A DNA stretch of 63,350 nucleotides. Source: Lachnospiraceae bacterium. GTDB taxonomy: Bacteria > Bacillota > Clostridia > Lachnospirales > Lachnospiraceae. Below, in pieces: positions 39,401 through 47,129 of this stretch (within the stretch, counting starts at the first letter, position 1; each line of letters begins with the position of its first letter). Position numbers and translations under genes: made by a program. The stretch lies in the NCBI GenBank assembly GCA_017558865.1, contig JAFYTM010000103.1:1-63350 (forward strand), given 5' to 3'. A model generated the notes under the pieces. That model saw nothing but the letters and a program-made list of their open reading frames with translations. It had not been told where the DNA came from and did not search any database.

Positions 39401-40358
39401 ACACTTCTCCTGATCGAACCGCCTGCTCTCCGGGCTGTATTTCTTCCGGCCGCGTCTCCTCCAGATATGTCAAAGACACTGTATCCAGTTCTTTCTTCTG
39501 TATCTCTTCGGTCTTTACCTGGTGACTTTCTGTATGAACACTCTCCGCATGAATACTTTCCAGAAGTCTCTCCGTCTCTATCTGACGGACATCTGTTTTC
39601 TGCAGCAATTTCTCAACTGCTTCCTCTGTCCTGATCTGGCGGATATCCTCCACATGAGATTCCATCGGCTGTTCATAGACCAGTCCCAGATTCCCGATCT
39701 TCTGCGGCTCTGCCTGAACAAGCAGCTGTGACTGCTCTTTGATCAGCTCCATGCCATGCTCCAGAACCGTCACTTCCCGTTCCGTAACTGATGGGTGTAC
39801 AGAATATCTGGTCGTTTCCGGCTGTATCAGCGTAACATACTTATGCTGTTCATTTGCATAGACACTGCTGCTCCATATATTTTCAATCTTCCGGAACAGG
39901 ACTTCCTGTCCCCTGGACGTTGTTTTCTCCGTTTGATGGTATTCAGAAAGGATCTTGTCACGTATCACTTCAAACTGTCGGATACCGCCCCGTTCTACCA
40001 GTCGGTAAAGCTGCTGGCTGAATGACTTCACAAGCTTTTCCTCAGCCTCCGGCATTTCCTCTCTGACAACCTTTTCAATCTGCTGCTCCACGGATGGATA
40101 CAGCTTCTGATAGATTCTTTTTTCCAGAATCTGTGTCACAAAAGACAGATTCTGTCTGTATAAATAATTTTCTTCCTTAATATTCTGGATATGATACAGG
40201 TTTGTCACGATATTCTGCGGCACAGCCGTTTCCCCTGTCTCCGAACCCTCCTGATCCTCCAGATACACCATGGAGACAGGCTCAAAAGCATGGTTAAAGC
40301 CCTGATATCTTGCCATCATCTGTTCTGCAAAATCCAAAAACTGATTTTGTGTCTGCAT
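36486..40358 (-). CDS. 1290-aa Glu/Gln/Thr-rich tandem-repeat protein (tape-measure/plug-like or lumen cargo)
   Basis: Eight copies of a unit beginning P.E.HVEDIRQ..TEEAV.KLL; C-terminal LVNKVYRRLEDRLRTERGRRG; lies between tube 2 and the tube initiator. Confidence 0.65.
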   Translation of the reverse strand: MQTQNQFLDFAEQMMARYQGFNHAFEPVSMVYLEDQEGSETGETAVPQNIVTNLYHIQNIKEENYLYRQNLSFVTQILEKRIYQKLYPSVEQQIEKVVREEMPEAEEKLVKSFSQQLYRLVERGGIRQFEVIRDKILSEYHQTEKTTSRGQEVLFRKIENIWSSSVYANEQHKYVTLIQPETTRYSVHPSVTEREVTVLEHGMELIKEQSQLLVQAEPQKIGNLGLVYEQPMESHVEDIRQIRTEEAVEKLLQKTDVRQIETERLLESIHAESVHTESHQVKTEEIQKKELDTVSLTYLEETRPEEIQPGEQAVRSGEVSAKPSEEQTEVRTYKTENVIQTEQITPIQQIKPLETHVEDIRQIRTEEAVEKLLRKTDVRQIETERLLESIHAESVHTESHQVKTEEIQKRELDAVSLTYLKETLFGEQAIQPGEVSAKPSEQPSEVRTYTTEKTTRTEQITPIQTEETVRHGEVVQREEITQKRHLIQQVQPLETHVEDIRQVKTEEAVEKLLQKTDVRQTETEKLLERLQTEHRQTESQQVKVEQIQKKELDTVSLTYLEETRSEEIQPGEQAVRLGEVSAKPSEEQTEVRTYKTEDVIRTEQITPIQQAQPIETHVEDIRQVRTEEAVEKLLQKTDIRQTETKKLLESLHTENIHTERYQLESEQIQKKELETVSLTYLEETHPEERSGELSEEQTEVRTRTTEETTRAEQLTPIQQVKPLESHVEDIRQVRTEEAVEKLLQKTDLRQIETEKLLESLHTENIHTERHQQESEQIQKKELETVSLTYLEETHPGETTRTEQITPIQTEETVRHDEVVQREEITQQRKLIQQVQPLESHVEDIRQVRTEEAVEKLLQKTDLRQLETERLLESLHSQNIHTERHQTESEQIQKKELETVSLTYLEETHPGETTRTEQITPIQTEETVRHGEVVQREEITQQRKLIQQVQPLESHVEDIRQVRTEEAVEKLLQKTDVRQTETERLLERLQTESHQVKTEQIQKKELDAVSLTYLEETLSGEQAARPGEVSAEPSKEQTEVRTYKTEDVIRTEQITSIQQAQPIETHVEDIRQIRTEEAVQKLLQRTDILQTQTEQVQKREQDTVLLTYLEEHQDEISEEHQETIRQVQRNRQIWSIESLVPMQTNAQRMLQNINLHQIRTIKSSHHVQSVPMIEPAAIVYRSEEDLSLEQQEKTERLEHKVDEVVKNLRTVEEKTIVHKEEIIEQQKTVVREVLKNSPAVWTEGEGASQLRKEIQQSMEEQIVQNVDQLVNKVYRRLEDRLRTERGRRGLI
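37030..39668 (-). repeat. Intragenic tandem repeat array, 8 mosaic units of ~110-140 codons (last unit partial)
   Basis: Recurrent near-identical DNA blocks; units 5 and 6 are offset by 342 bp. Confidence 0.9.
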
Positions 40359-40393
40359 CCTGTCATCTCCATACTGTTGTCATATCATATGAC

Positions 40394-40822
40394 TTATTTC
40401 ATCTCTGTAATACTGCTGTAGGCAATCTCCAACTGATTGACGATCAAGCCGCCGTGCTCTGCATCCAGATCGCCAAAATTGATCCTGCGGATATAACATC
40501 CATCCAGAGCATATGTCACTCTGATCTTTGATCTGTCATCTCCAAGAACCATGACTGTTACACCTTTGGGAAGAAATCTTCCTGGTGACAGCTGACTGAC
40601 TGACTGGTTAAAATCTGCCATTCCATACTCCAATGTCAATGTTCTGTCACCATCCGGTGCATTATGAAGATAATGGGTATGAAAATTAAATCCACCTTCA
40701 CGCACCGCTTCCATGGAGGCATTTCGTTCCAATCCGGACACCTTGGAAAACGACAGCAGAACTCCGTTTACTTCTACTTTGAAATTAAAATTTTTATAAA
40801 GCAGATATCTGTCCTCTGCCAT
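40394..40822 (-). CDS. Second (minor) T4 gp19-like tube protein (Afp5-like)
   Basis: NFNFKVEV...FSKVSGL...REGG.N...LTLEYG...LEIAY. Start moved to ATG 40822 (GGAGG RBS). Confidence 0.85.
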   Translation of the reverse strand: MAEDRYLLYKNFNFKVEVNGVLLSFSKVSGLERNASMEAVREGGFNFHTHYLHNAPDGDRTLTLEYGMADFNQSVSQLSPGRFLPKGVTVMVLGDDRSKIRVTYALDGCYIRRINFGDLDAEHGGLIVNQLEIAYSSITEMK

Positions 40823-40845
40823 TTCGGACACCTCCACATCTTTTC

Positions 40846-41043
40846 CTACAGTTCAAATATATTCTTTGGCTTATTGGTCACTCGTTTGTGAATCTCCGAA
40901 ATTTCTGCGCAGAATCTCCGTCTTGTCTGGTGATCCATCTGCATCACCGACTCATAGCTCCAGTGAAAATAATAGGCTACAAAAGCAACCTCTTTATACA
41001 ATTCATCCTCTGGATAGACGACTATTCCGCCCTCATAAAATTT
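40846..41043 (-). CDS. DUF6760-like segment, probably the -1 frameshift extension of the tail-assembly chaperone
   Basis: Not in the ORF track. Frame reads FYEGGIVVYPEDELYKEVAFVAYYFHWSYESVMQMDHQTRRRFCAEISEIHKRVTNKPKNIFEL*. No ATG or GTG precedes the YP motif. Confidence 0.75.
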   Translation of the reverse strand, partial: KFYEGGIVVYPEDELYKEVAFVAYYFHWSYESVMQMDHQTRRRFCAEISEIHKRVTNKPKNIFEL

Positions 41044-41396
41044 ACCGGCTTTTCAAATTTTTCTCCACAGTGCGGACACACACAGCGCTCAGTCAATGCA
41101 TCCATCGAATTGATCCTCTGGTACATATTCTGCAGGAAAGCCAGATCTGCAGAAAACAGCTTCTCAATATTGACCGGACGGATATTGGTCATCGTACCCA
41201 GCTGTGTAACCACTCTCGAAAGCAGAATAATCGTCAAATACGCCGGATTATCCTTGACACGCGGATCACGAAGAGGCAAAATCTCATCGGCTGCGGTCGC
41301 CAGACGCATGGTTCCACGCTTATGTACTTCTCCATTGCCATCCACATATCCTCTTGGAAGCTCAAATTCAAATTCTGTGATCAATTCCATATCCAT
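41022..41396 (-). CDS. Phage tail assembly chaperone-like protein
   Basis: TEFEFELPRGYVD..G..H..GTMRLATAADEI.PL.DPRV..NPAYL..ILLSRV, DLAFLQNMY.RIN, CPHCG; directly follows the tube gene. Confidence 0.82.
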   Translation of the reverse strand: MDMELITEFEFELPRGYVDGNGEVHKRGTMRLATAADEILPLRDPRVKDNPAYLTIILLSRVVTQLGTMTNIRPVNIEKLFSADLAFLQNMYQRINSMDALTERCVCPHCGEKFEKPVNFMRAE

Positions 41397-41434
41397 AATC
41401 GTTACCCTCCTGTATCTTCTCTAAAAGCCAGCTT

Positions 41435-41462
41435 CTGGACTCCTGGTAAACCAGGAGCCCAG
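41435..41462 (-). other. Stem-loop after the major tube gene
   Basis: CTGGGCTCCTGG-TTTA-CCAGGAGTCCAG on the minus strand. Confidence 0.7.
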
Positions 41463-41483
41463 ACTGCCAGCCAGATAAAGATC

Positions 41484-41924
41484 TTAGCTCTCTCTGATCA
41501 TTGACTCATATACGAGTTCCACGCTCTCAAACGCGATCTCACTGGAGCTTGCGTTGAAATCTGGAGCTGTATATTTGCTTGGCCATGCATTGGATAAGGT
41601 CCATACTGCCAGTGCGGTAGAACCGTCATCATCGAACAGGGTGATGGTTACATTCTTGTTATGATCCTCTCCAAGAGAAGTTCCCTGAGAGATAGAAGTT
41701 ACCCACTCATAGAAGCTCATGGAGCTGGTCATACCCCATTTCAGAGTTACGTTGCCGAATTTGGTAAGACCATTCATCTTACGGGACCAGTTCACACCTT
41801 CATCACCGGTACGATACTCGATTACATCAATACTTGCGTCAAAACCGCTTACCTCAGAAAAGCTTGCTTCTGTAATACCGTCGATCTCGACTTTATAGTT
41901 ATATTTCTTAAATGGATATGTCAC
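41484..41924 (-). CDS. Major tail tube protein, T4 gp19-like (Afp1-like)
   Basis: YPFKKYNYKVEIDG...FSEVSG...IEYRTG...GLTKFGNVTLKWG...W...NAWPSKY.APDFNA. Confidence 0.93.
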   Translation of the reverse strand: MTYPFKKYNYKVEIDGITEASFSEVSGFDASIDVIEYRTGDEGVNWSRKMNGLTKFGNVTLKWGMTSSMSFYEWVTSISQGTSLGEDHNKNVTITLFDDDGSTALAVWTLSNAWPSKYTAPDFNASSSEIAFESVELVYESMIRES

Positions 41925-41959
41925 GTTATTCTTCCTCCTTTACCAATCTTATGTGACTC

Positions 41960-43660
41960 TTATGACTCTTCCATGAACTGAGTGATTCTGAAGATTACAA
42001 ACTCAGCCGGACGGCTCGGTGCCACACCGATCTCACAGATCAGACGTCCATTCAGGATATCGCTCTGGGACATAGTATCTCTGCCGATGTTTACATAGAA
42101 TGCCTGATCTTCGCTGGATCCTACCAAAGCTCCGCTTCTCCACATATCGCGCAGGAACGCACGGATGGTTCTTCCAACTCTGGACCACAGCATCTCATCG
42201 TTTGGCTCAAATACTGCCCAGTTGGTCTGGGATTTGATGCTCTCCTCAAGATAAATGAAGAGACGGCGAACGTTGACATATTTCCAGAGACTGTTGCTGG
42301 AACAGGTTCTTGCACCCCATACACGGATGCCCTGTCCTGGAAGTGCACGGATCAGGTTCACGCCTGCCGGATTCAGGATATCCTGCTCTGCTTTGTTGTA
42401 CAGACAGGAAAGTCCGATACAGTTGAATACTACTTCGTTTGCCGGTGCTTTATGTACGCCGCGCTCTACGTCACTTCTTGCATAGATACCGCATACTGCT
42501 CCTGATGGTGGAATATAGGACGGTTTCTTATTCAGTGCATCGTAGATCTGAATCCACGGATGGTACATTGCTGCATAATCAGAATCTACTTTCTCTCTAT
42601 GTTTCAGTACATCATTTGGTTTTACCAGATCCTGCGGAACATCCAGAACTGCAAAGCTTGCTCCGGTGTTGGTGCAGTGAGTTACCAGTGCGAGCTGCAC
42701 AGCCGGGCTGGTAACGCCAGGGATTGCCATAATGCTTACATTATTCAATTCTTTGAAAGCTGCAAGACCTGTTCTCTTTCCAGGACCTCCATCAACACCC
42801 ATGAACACATCATCAGTGATCTGGTCTTTGCTTCCATCAGAACCGCCAGCCAGGAAGACAACTGCCTTCTCTGCATCTGCTGCGTTGAAGATAGACAATG
42901 GATTCACTCCATCTGCCACTTCCTCTGCATCTACTTTTACCAGCTCGGATTTGGACATAATCTTACTGATGTAAGATGCAGATCCAACATTCAGGGATAC
43001 TCCCTCATAAGTCTCAACCTGATCTCTGTATGCTACTTCGATATTCATCTCACATACAGTCAGGATTTTTGTTGGAACAGCATCTGTATCTACGATATCT
43101 CCTTCTACCGGCTGAGCCAATGTGATGGTATTACCCTGTGCCATAGTAATCTTGTTGTATGCAACAACCTTGCCATCCTCACAGATCGCAATGGTATCGC
43201 CTTCTGCGAATGCAGAACCATTTGCTACGGTATAAACATCACCGTTTACTTCCAGAACTGCAGTTTTGCCTTTATTTGCTCTCACTGCGGTTACTCTGAC
43301 CTCGTTGCCCCATTTACCTGGGTTTGCTGCTGCAATGGTCACACCATTTGCAGATACAGCTGCTGCTGCCGCATCGGAAGCTGCGGTACGCATTACATAA
43401 CAGCGGGAACCACCATTTGCAAAAAACTGCTCTACGGAATATGCCAGATAACGGTACTCTCCATATGCTTTCTCAGACAGATAACCACCGAATTTACGGG
43501 TAAAATCTGCAAAACTGGTAACGAATTCCGGAGTTCCGATCACATTTCCTTTTTCAGCCATACCAACAAAGCCTGCGGTACTGGTGCTGACACCTTCCAT
43601 CGGTCTCATACCGGATTCAAATTCCTCTACGTATACTCCTGGGGATAAATATTCTGCCAT
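41960..43660 (-). CDS. Contractile tail sheath protein
   Basis: MAEYLSPGVYVEE, FFANGG, YAAMYHPW, PPSG, GVHKAPAN, WGART, YVNVRRL, PAEFVIFRI. Confidence 0.96.
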   Translation of the reverse strand: MAEYLSPGVYVEEFESGMRPMEGVSTSTAGFVGMAEKGNVIGTPEFVTSFADFTRKFGGYLSEKAYGEYRYLAYSVEQFFANGGSRCYVMRTAASDAAAAAVSANGVTIAAANPGKWGNEVRVTAVRANKGKTAVLEVNGDVYTVANGSAFAEGDTIAICEDGKVVAYNKITMAQGNTITLAQPVEGDIVDTDAVPTKILTVCEMNIEVAYRDQVETYEGVSLNVGSASYISKIMSKSELVKVDAEEVADGVNPLSIFNAADAEKAVVFLAGGSDGSKDQITDDVFMGVDGGPGKRTGLAAFKELNNVSIMAIPGVTSPAVQLALVTHCTNTGASFAVLDVPQDLVKPNDVLKHREKVDSDYAAMYHPWIQIYDALNKKPSYIPPSGAVCGIYARSDVERGVHKAPANEVVFNCIGLSCLYNKAEQDILNPAGVNLIRALPGQGIRVWGARTCSSNSLWKYVNVRRLFIYLEESIKSQTNWAVFEPNDEMLWSRVGRTIRAFLRDMWRSGALVGSSEDQAFYVNIGRDTMSQSDILNGRLICEIGVAPSRPAEFVIFRITQFMEES

Positions 43661-43736
43661 GTTTTTTTGGTTTTGAAGCTTGCGCTTCTCACCCATCCTC
43701 CTTTCAAATTTTGCTCATTTTTATGTTCCACAACGT

Positions 43737-44129
43737 TTACGGCACCATGACCGTTGTGGCCGGACCCGGGGATACGACCTGTATCACGCCTGCCCAGTTA
43801 CACATGCATTTACATGTGTTATTTACTGCTGGTTTTCCTCCCACCAATACAGTTGGGGAGCCTGGTGCCCAGGGTGCTGCAATCACTGGTATACAGGGCA
43901 TCGGAGTCAATACTCCAAGTGCTGCTGCTGTAGCGGCTGCCACCTGCGGATTCGCCATGGAAGTGCACATTCCAAAAGGCATGATGTTCATCATCGGAAC
44001 ATTATCCGTGATACAGGCGGGCGGCATATTGCTGCACAAAATCTTGCTTGTCGGAAGTACATTCAGCACAGACGGCGCCATTCCAAAGCTGCACATAAGC
44101 TGCGCTCCCGACGTTACAATGATAGACAC
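43737..44129 (-). CDS. DUF4280 PAAR-like spike tip protein
   Basis: GAQLMCSFG, NIMPFGMCTS.ANP.VAAATAAALGVLTPMPCIP, W.PG, C.WAGVI. Confidence 0.9.
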   Translation of the reverse strand: MSIIVTSGAQLMCSFGMAPSVLNVLPTSKILCSNMPPACITDNVPMMNIMPFGMCTSMANPQVAAATAAALGVLTPMPCIPVIAAPWAPGSPTVLVGGKPAVNNTCKCMCNWAGVIQVVSPGPATTVMVP

Positions 44130-44146
44130 GTTCGACCTCCTCTCCT

Positions 44147-44863
44147 CTATGATGGTAATCTATGTTGAAGTATCATTACTTCCTGAATAAGTTCTTCTTC
44201 CCCGTGATCCACAGGGATCGCATATGCTCCATACGCATCGGTTACGGAACGATAGATCCGTTCCAGAGGTGTACCCGCCTTCCATTTCGGCGGTTCGCCC
44301 TCAATCTCGATACGATACTCATTGATTCCCCGTTTCTCCGCCAGGATAAACGGTACTGCCTGCTCTCCGCTTTCAAGCAGATATGGCTTCCCGAGCAGAT
44401 TCTCTCTTGTGAACCCCTGAAAGAACAACCAGTATTCTCCTTCAATCTGTCGGCATTCCTTCAGGACTAGACCTGTAGGACGGCTTTTTCTGGCACAAAC
44501 CTGCACTGGAAACTGCATCTCTTTTTTATCCAACATTCCGGTCAGCCAGCCACAAGAATAAGAATAGCCTTTTCCTGCTTTTCCATAGAGACGGACATCT
44601 GCAACCGGTTCTTCCGGATTCAGCAGTTTTTTCTGTATAGAGACACTGCAGGAATGATAATCTGTTCCTTCGATCCATACTCTGACATCATCCGGCTGAG
44701 GCTCCAGAAACACATACAAACCTTCTGCCTTCTCAATGGGATGAACCACTCGATTCCCGATAGAAAAACAAAACTTTTTCTTCCGAATGCACTGTCCGGA
44801 ATAATCGTCGACCATCCGCAGAACAAATGCAATTTTCATGCGAATCATAGTTGCCTTCATCAC
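44147..44863 (-). CDS. Hypothetical beta-rich protein coupled to the cap gene
   Basis: 238 aa; 4-nt overlap with the DUF4255 stop; LRMVDDYSG...GLYVF and TDAYGAYAIP resemble carboxypeptidase-regulatory-like domains. Confidence 0.6.
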   Translation of the reverse strand: MMKATMIRMKIAFVLRMVDDYSGQCIRKKKFCFSIGNRVVHPIEKAEGLYVFLEPQPDDVRVWIEGTDYHSCSVSIQKKLLNPEEPVADVRLYGKAGKGYSYSCGWLTGMLDKKEMQFPVQVCARKSRPTGLVLKECRQIEGEYWLFFQGFTRENLLGKPYLLESGEQAVPFILAEKRGINEYRIEIEGEPPKWKAGTPLERIYRSVTDAYGAYAIPVDHGEEELIQEVMILQHRLPS

Positions 44864-45426
44864 CTCCGCCTCTGAGTTGCCTCAAATTCAGCAGATACCA
44901 CACGTCTGAAGCTGCGTACCCGTCTGGAAGACAGCATCACCGGTGCCACGCTGAAATAGATCCCCAACTGATATGGCACTGATAATACTGACCATATCTT
45001 TGTCTTCTCTTCAAAACTGAGCGGAAGCAACGTCATCGATGCACTTGTTTCCTCATTGGAAGCGGCATCATACAGGATTGCGTTATCCATTAACACCTGA
45101 ATCACCCTTCCAAGTATGCGCTGTTCATTCTCCGCATTTGACATCAACTGAGATTTGGTATTGATGTAAAGCGCAAAAAACAGATTCAGCGGCTTGGGTG
45201 GATACTGCATCTGATTTCCCCTCATCCGAATGGTATCCAGACTCTGATACTCTCTCAATTCTTGAATATCATACAGATAAAGCCCTAATTGGAAATCTGC
45301 ATTTTTATCTGTCGGGGACGCAAGTGCAATCGATTCCGGTGAGGGAATCAGTTCTGGACACAAATTTTCCCGCAAAAGCTTTAATATTTCATTGCTTACC
45401 TCCGAGATAATCGAAAAATCTGCCAT
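44860..45426 (-). CDS. DUF4255 / Pvc16-like cap (tail terminator) protein
   Basis: ISEVS..ILKLL, I.LASP, LGLYLYDIQE, E.RILGRVIQVL.DN, KIWSVL..PYQL. Confidence 0.88.
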   Translation of the reverse strand: MADFSIISEVSNEILKLLRENLCPELIPSPESIALASPTDKNADFQLGLYLYDIQELREYQSLDTIRMRGNQMQYPPKPLNLFFALYINTKSQLMSNAENEQRILGRVIQVLMDNAILYDAASNEETSASMTLLPLSFEEKTKIWSVLSVPYQLGIYFSVAPVMLSSRRVRSFRRVVSAEFEATQRRR

Positions 45427-45448
45427 ATTCTCTTCTCACCTTCCTCTC

Positions 45449-47104
45449 CTATATATTTTCTACTGTCACAAACAGCAATCGTTCCGGCTTATCCATCGGA
45501 TAACAAAGCCGATACCGAATTCCTTCTGTTTCATAGACTTCCTCGTAGATTGCCTCTGCCATATTGATGCCGCTGACTGCAATATGTGTACGGTTCATTG
45601 TAGTTAACTCATAATTGATCGTACTGAACGCAGTCGGTTCTGACAAACGCACTCTTTCAACAGCAACACACTCCTGTAAAGAAGGTGCACCGTTCTGCGG
45701 AATCATATCCTTTCCTTCCAGGAAACCGACATCCAATCCGCTTCGATAAGTAGATACCCCTGTGATCAGGATTGCTCCTGTATCCAGTTTATCTTCACTC
45801 TGCCACTCATCTGTAGCAAGGTAATAGTATATATGAAATTTATTGTTTACCGGAAGTGACGCCAGCACTTCCTTCTGTTTCTCTTCTTCTGTTTTTTCTT
45901 TATCCGTACTGTCTGTACTCTCTTGCTGCGTCTGCTCGTTGGTAATCTCCGTCAGTGTATCTCCTTCTTCATCCGGAAGATACCATGCATCTCCATCATT
46001 TGTACTGTCGGATATTGTCTGATCAATCTTCAGTTCTACCAGACAATCTGCTTTCAGTATTACCTGCGCTCTTTCAAACAGAAAACTGGTCCCTCCATCA
46101 CTGAAATAGATAATCGGCGATTCCTTGAACATATCCATGACATCCTTTAAGGTACATCCCAACAGTGCTTCATAATGAATATCATTTCTTGCGAACGGTC
46201 CCTGATACATGGTCTTGCCTGCGGAGGAATAATAGATTCCCTGCCCCTGAGCCTTACCCATATAGAACTCCCCATCATATTTTCGGATACCGCTGTCATA
46301 ATATGAGATACCCTTTCCATGATATGTACCGCTCTGGAATTCTCCTTCATAGATCATCACGCCTTTTTCATTGTAAAGGACGCCTTTTCCCTGATAAGCT
46401 CCGTTATCAAATTCACCCTCGTACTGGACAGTTCCATTTTCATAATGCAAAACACCATTTCCGGAAAATTGATTTTCTACAAATTCTCCGCTGTACATCA
46501 CTTTTCCATTCGGATAATAACGTGTTCCATTCCCATGAAAACAATTATTGGCAAAAGCACCCTGATACACCAGAACACCATCCTGATTCCAAAGAGTTCC
46601 AACACCTGTACAGATACCTGCCACAATGTCTCCCGTATAGACCACATCACCTCCGGCAGCCCGGATATTAGCCTTTCCGGTATACTCGCCCAGCTTCATA
46701 TCATCGTAATCATAATATACCGTCGTGATCAGATTTTCCGTAGCTGTCGTATACGATACCTGCGGTGATATCCAGCTGAAATAGATGAATACTCCCGCAC
46801 ATCCTGCCAGTATCAGAACATACACCAAAGCTTTGGATACCCAGAACCTGCCGACAGTAAAATAATCCTCCGGAGATCTGGCCTCTGCATTTAAGATTTT
46901 CCGTACCTTCGCTGTGATCGGTGTTACCAGCCGGGCAGATATCAGGCTGACATTAAACAGCTGCTGGACTCTGCGTACAATCCGCCGGAACGGATGCATC
47001 ACTGCTGTTCGGAGTCTTACAAACGCCTTGCTGAAGAGATTAAAAGCATAGGACCCCTGTATTCCCTGAAATAATCTTTTTAAAAATTCAAAAAGATGTC
47101 CCAT
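45449..47104 (-). CDS. Single-pass membrane protein with MORN repeats
   Basis: TM segment ALVYVLILAGCAGVFIYFSW, then about 8 repeats of Y.GEF..G...G.G..Y...G. Confidence 0.85.
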   Translation of the reverse strand: MGHLFEFLKRLFQGIQGSYAFNLFSKAFVRLRTAVMHPFRRIVRRVQQLFNVSLISARLVTPITAKVRKILNAEARSPEDYFTVGRFWVSKALVYVLILAGCAGVFIYFSWISPQVSYTTATENLITTVYYDYDDMKLGEYTGKANIRAAGGDVVYTGDIVAGICTGVGTLWNQDGVLVYQGAFANNCFHGNGTRYYPNGKVMYSGEFVENQFSGNGVLHYENGTVQYEGEFDNGAYQGKGVLYNEKGVMIYEGEFQSGTYHGKGISYYDSGIRKYDGEFYMGKAQGQGIYYSSAGKTMYQGPFARNDIHYEALLGCTLKDVMDMFKESPIIYFSDGGTSFLFERAQVILKADCLVELKIDQTISDSTNDGDAWYLPDEEGDTLTEITNEQTQQESTDSTDKEKTEEEKQKEVLASLPVNNKFHIYYYLATDEWQSEDKLDTGAILITGVSTYRSGLDVGFLEGKDMIPQNGAPSLQECVAVERVRLSEPTAFSTINYELTTMNRTHIAVSGINMAEAIYEEVYETEGIRYRLCYPMDKPERLLFVTVENI

Positions 47105-47129
47105 TCTGCTAAATCCTCCAACTGGTTAC

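Larger units (their letters stand above)
27527..45426 (-). other. Contractile injection system (eCIS/PVC/Afp-like) structural gene cluster
   Basis: Co-oriented cap, PAAR-like, sheath, two tubes, chaperone, tube initiator, hub, spike, gp25 and baseplate genes; no head or packaging genes. Confidence 0.9.

Noticed and set aside
37030-39668. CRISPR array or non-coding repeat
   Set aside because: Units are over 300 bp, stay in frame within one ORF and have no unique spacers; no cas genes are present.
27527-45426. Prophage tail region
   Set aside because: No capsid, portal, terminase, integrase or replication genes in view. DUF4255, two gp19-like tubes, the CIS tube initiator and tandem baseplate J genes match CIS loci rather than a prophage.
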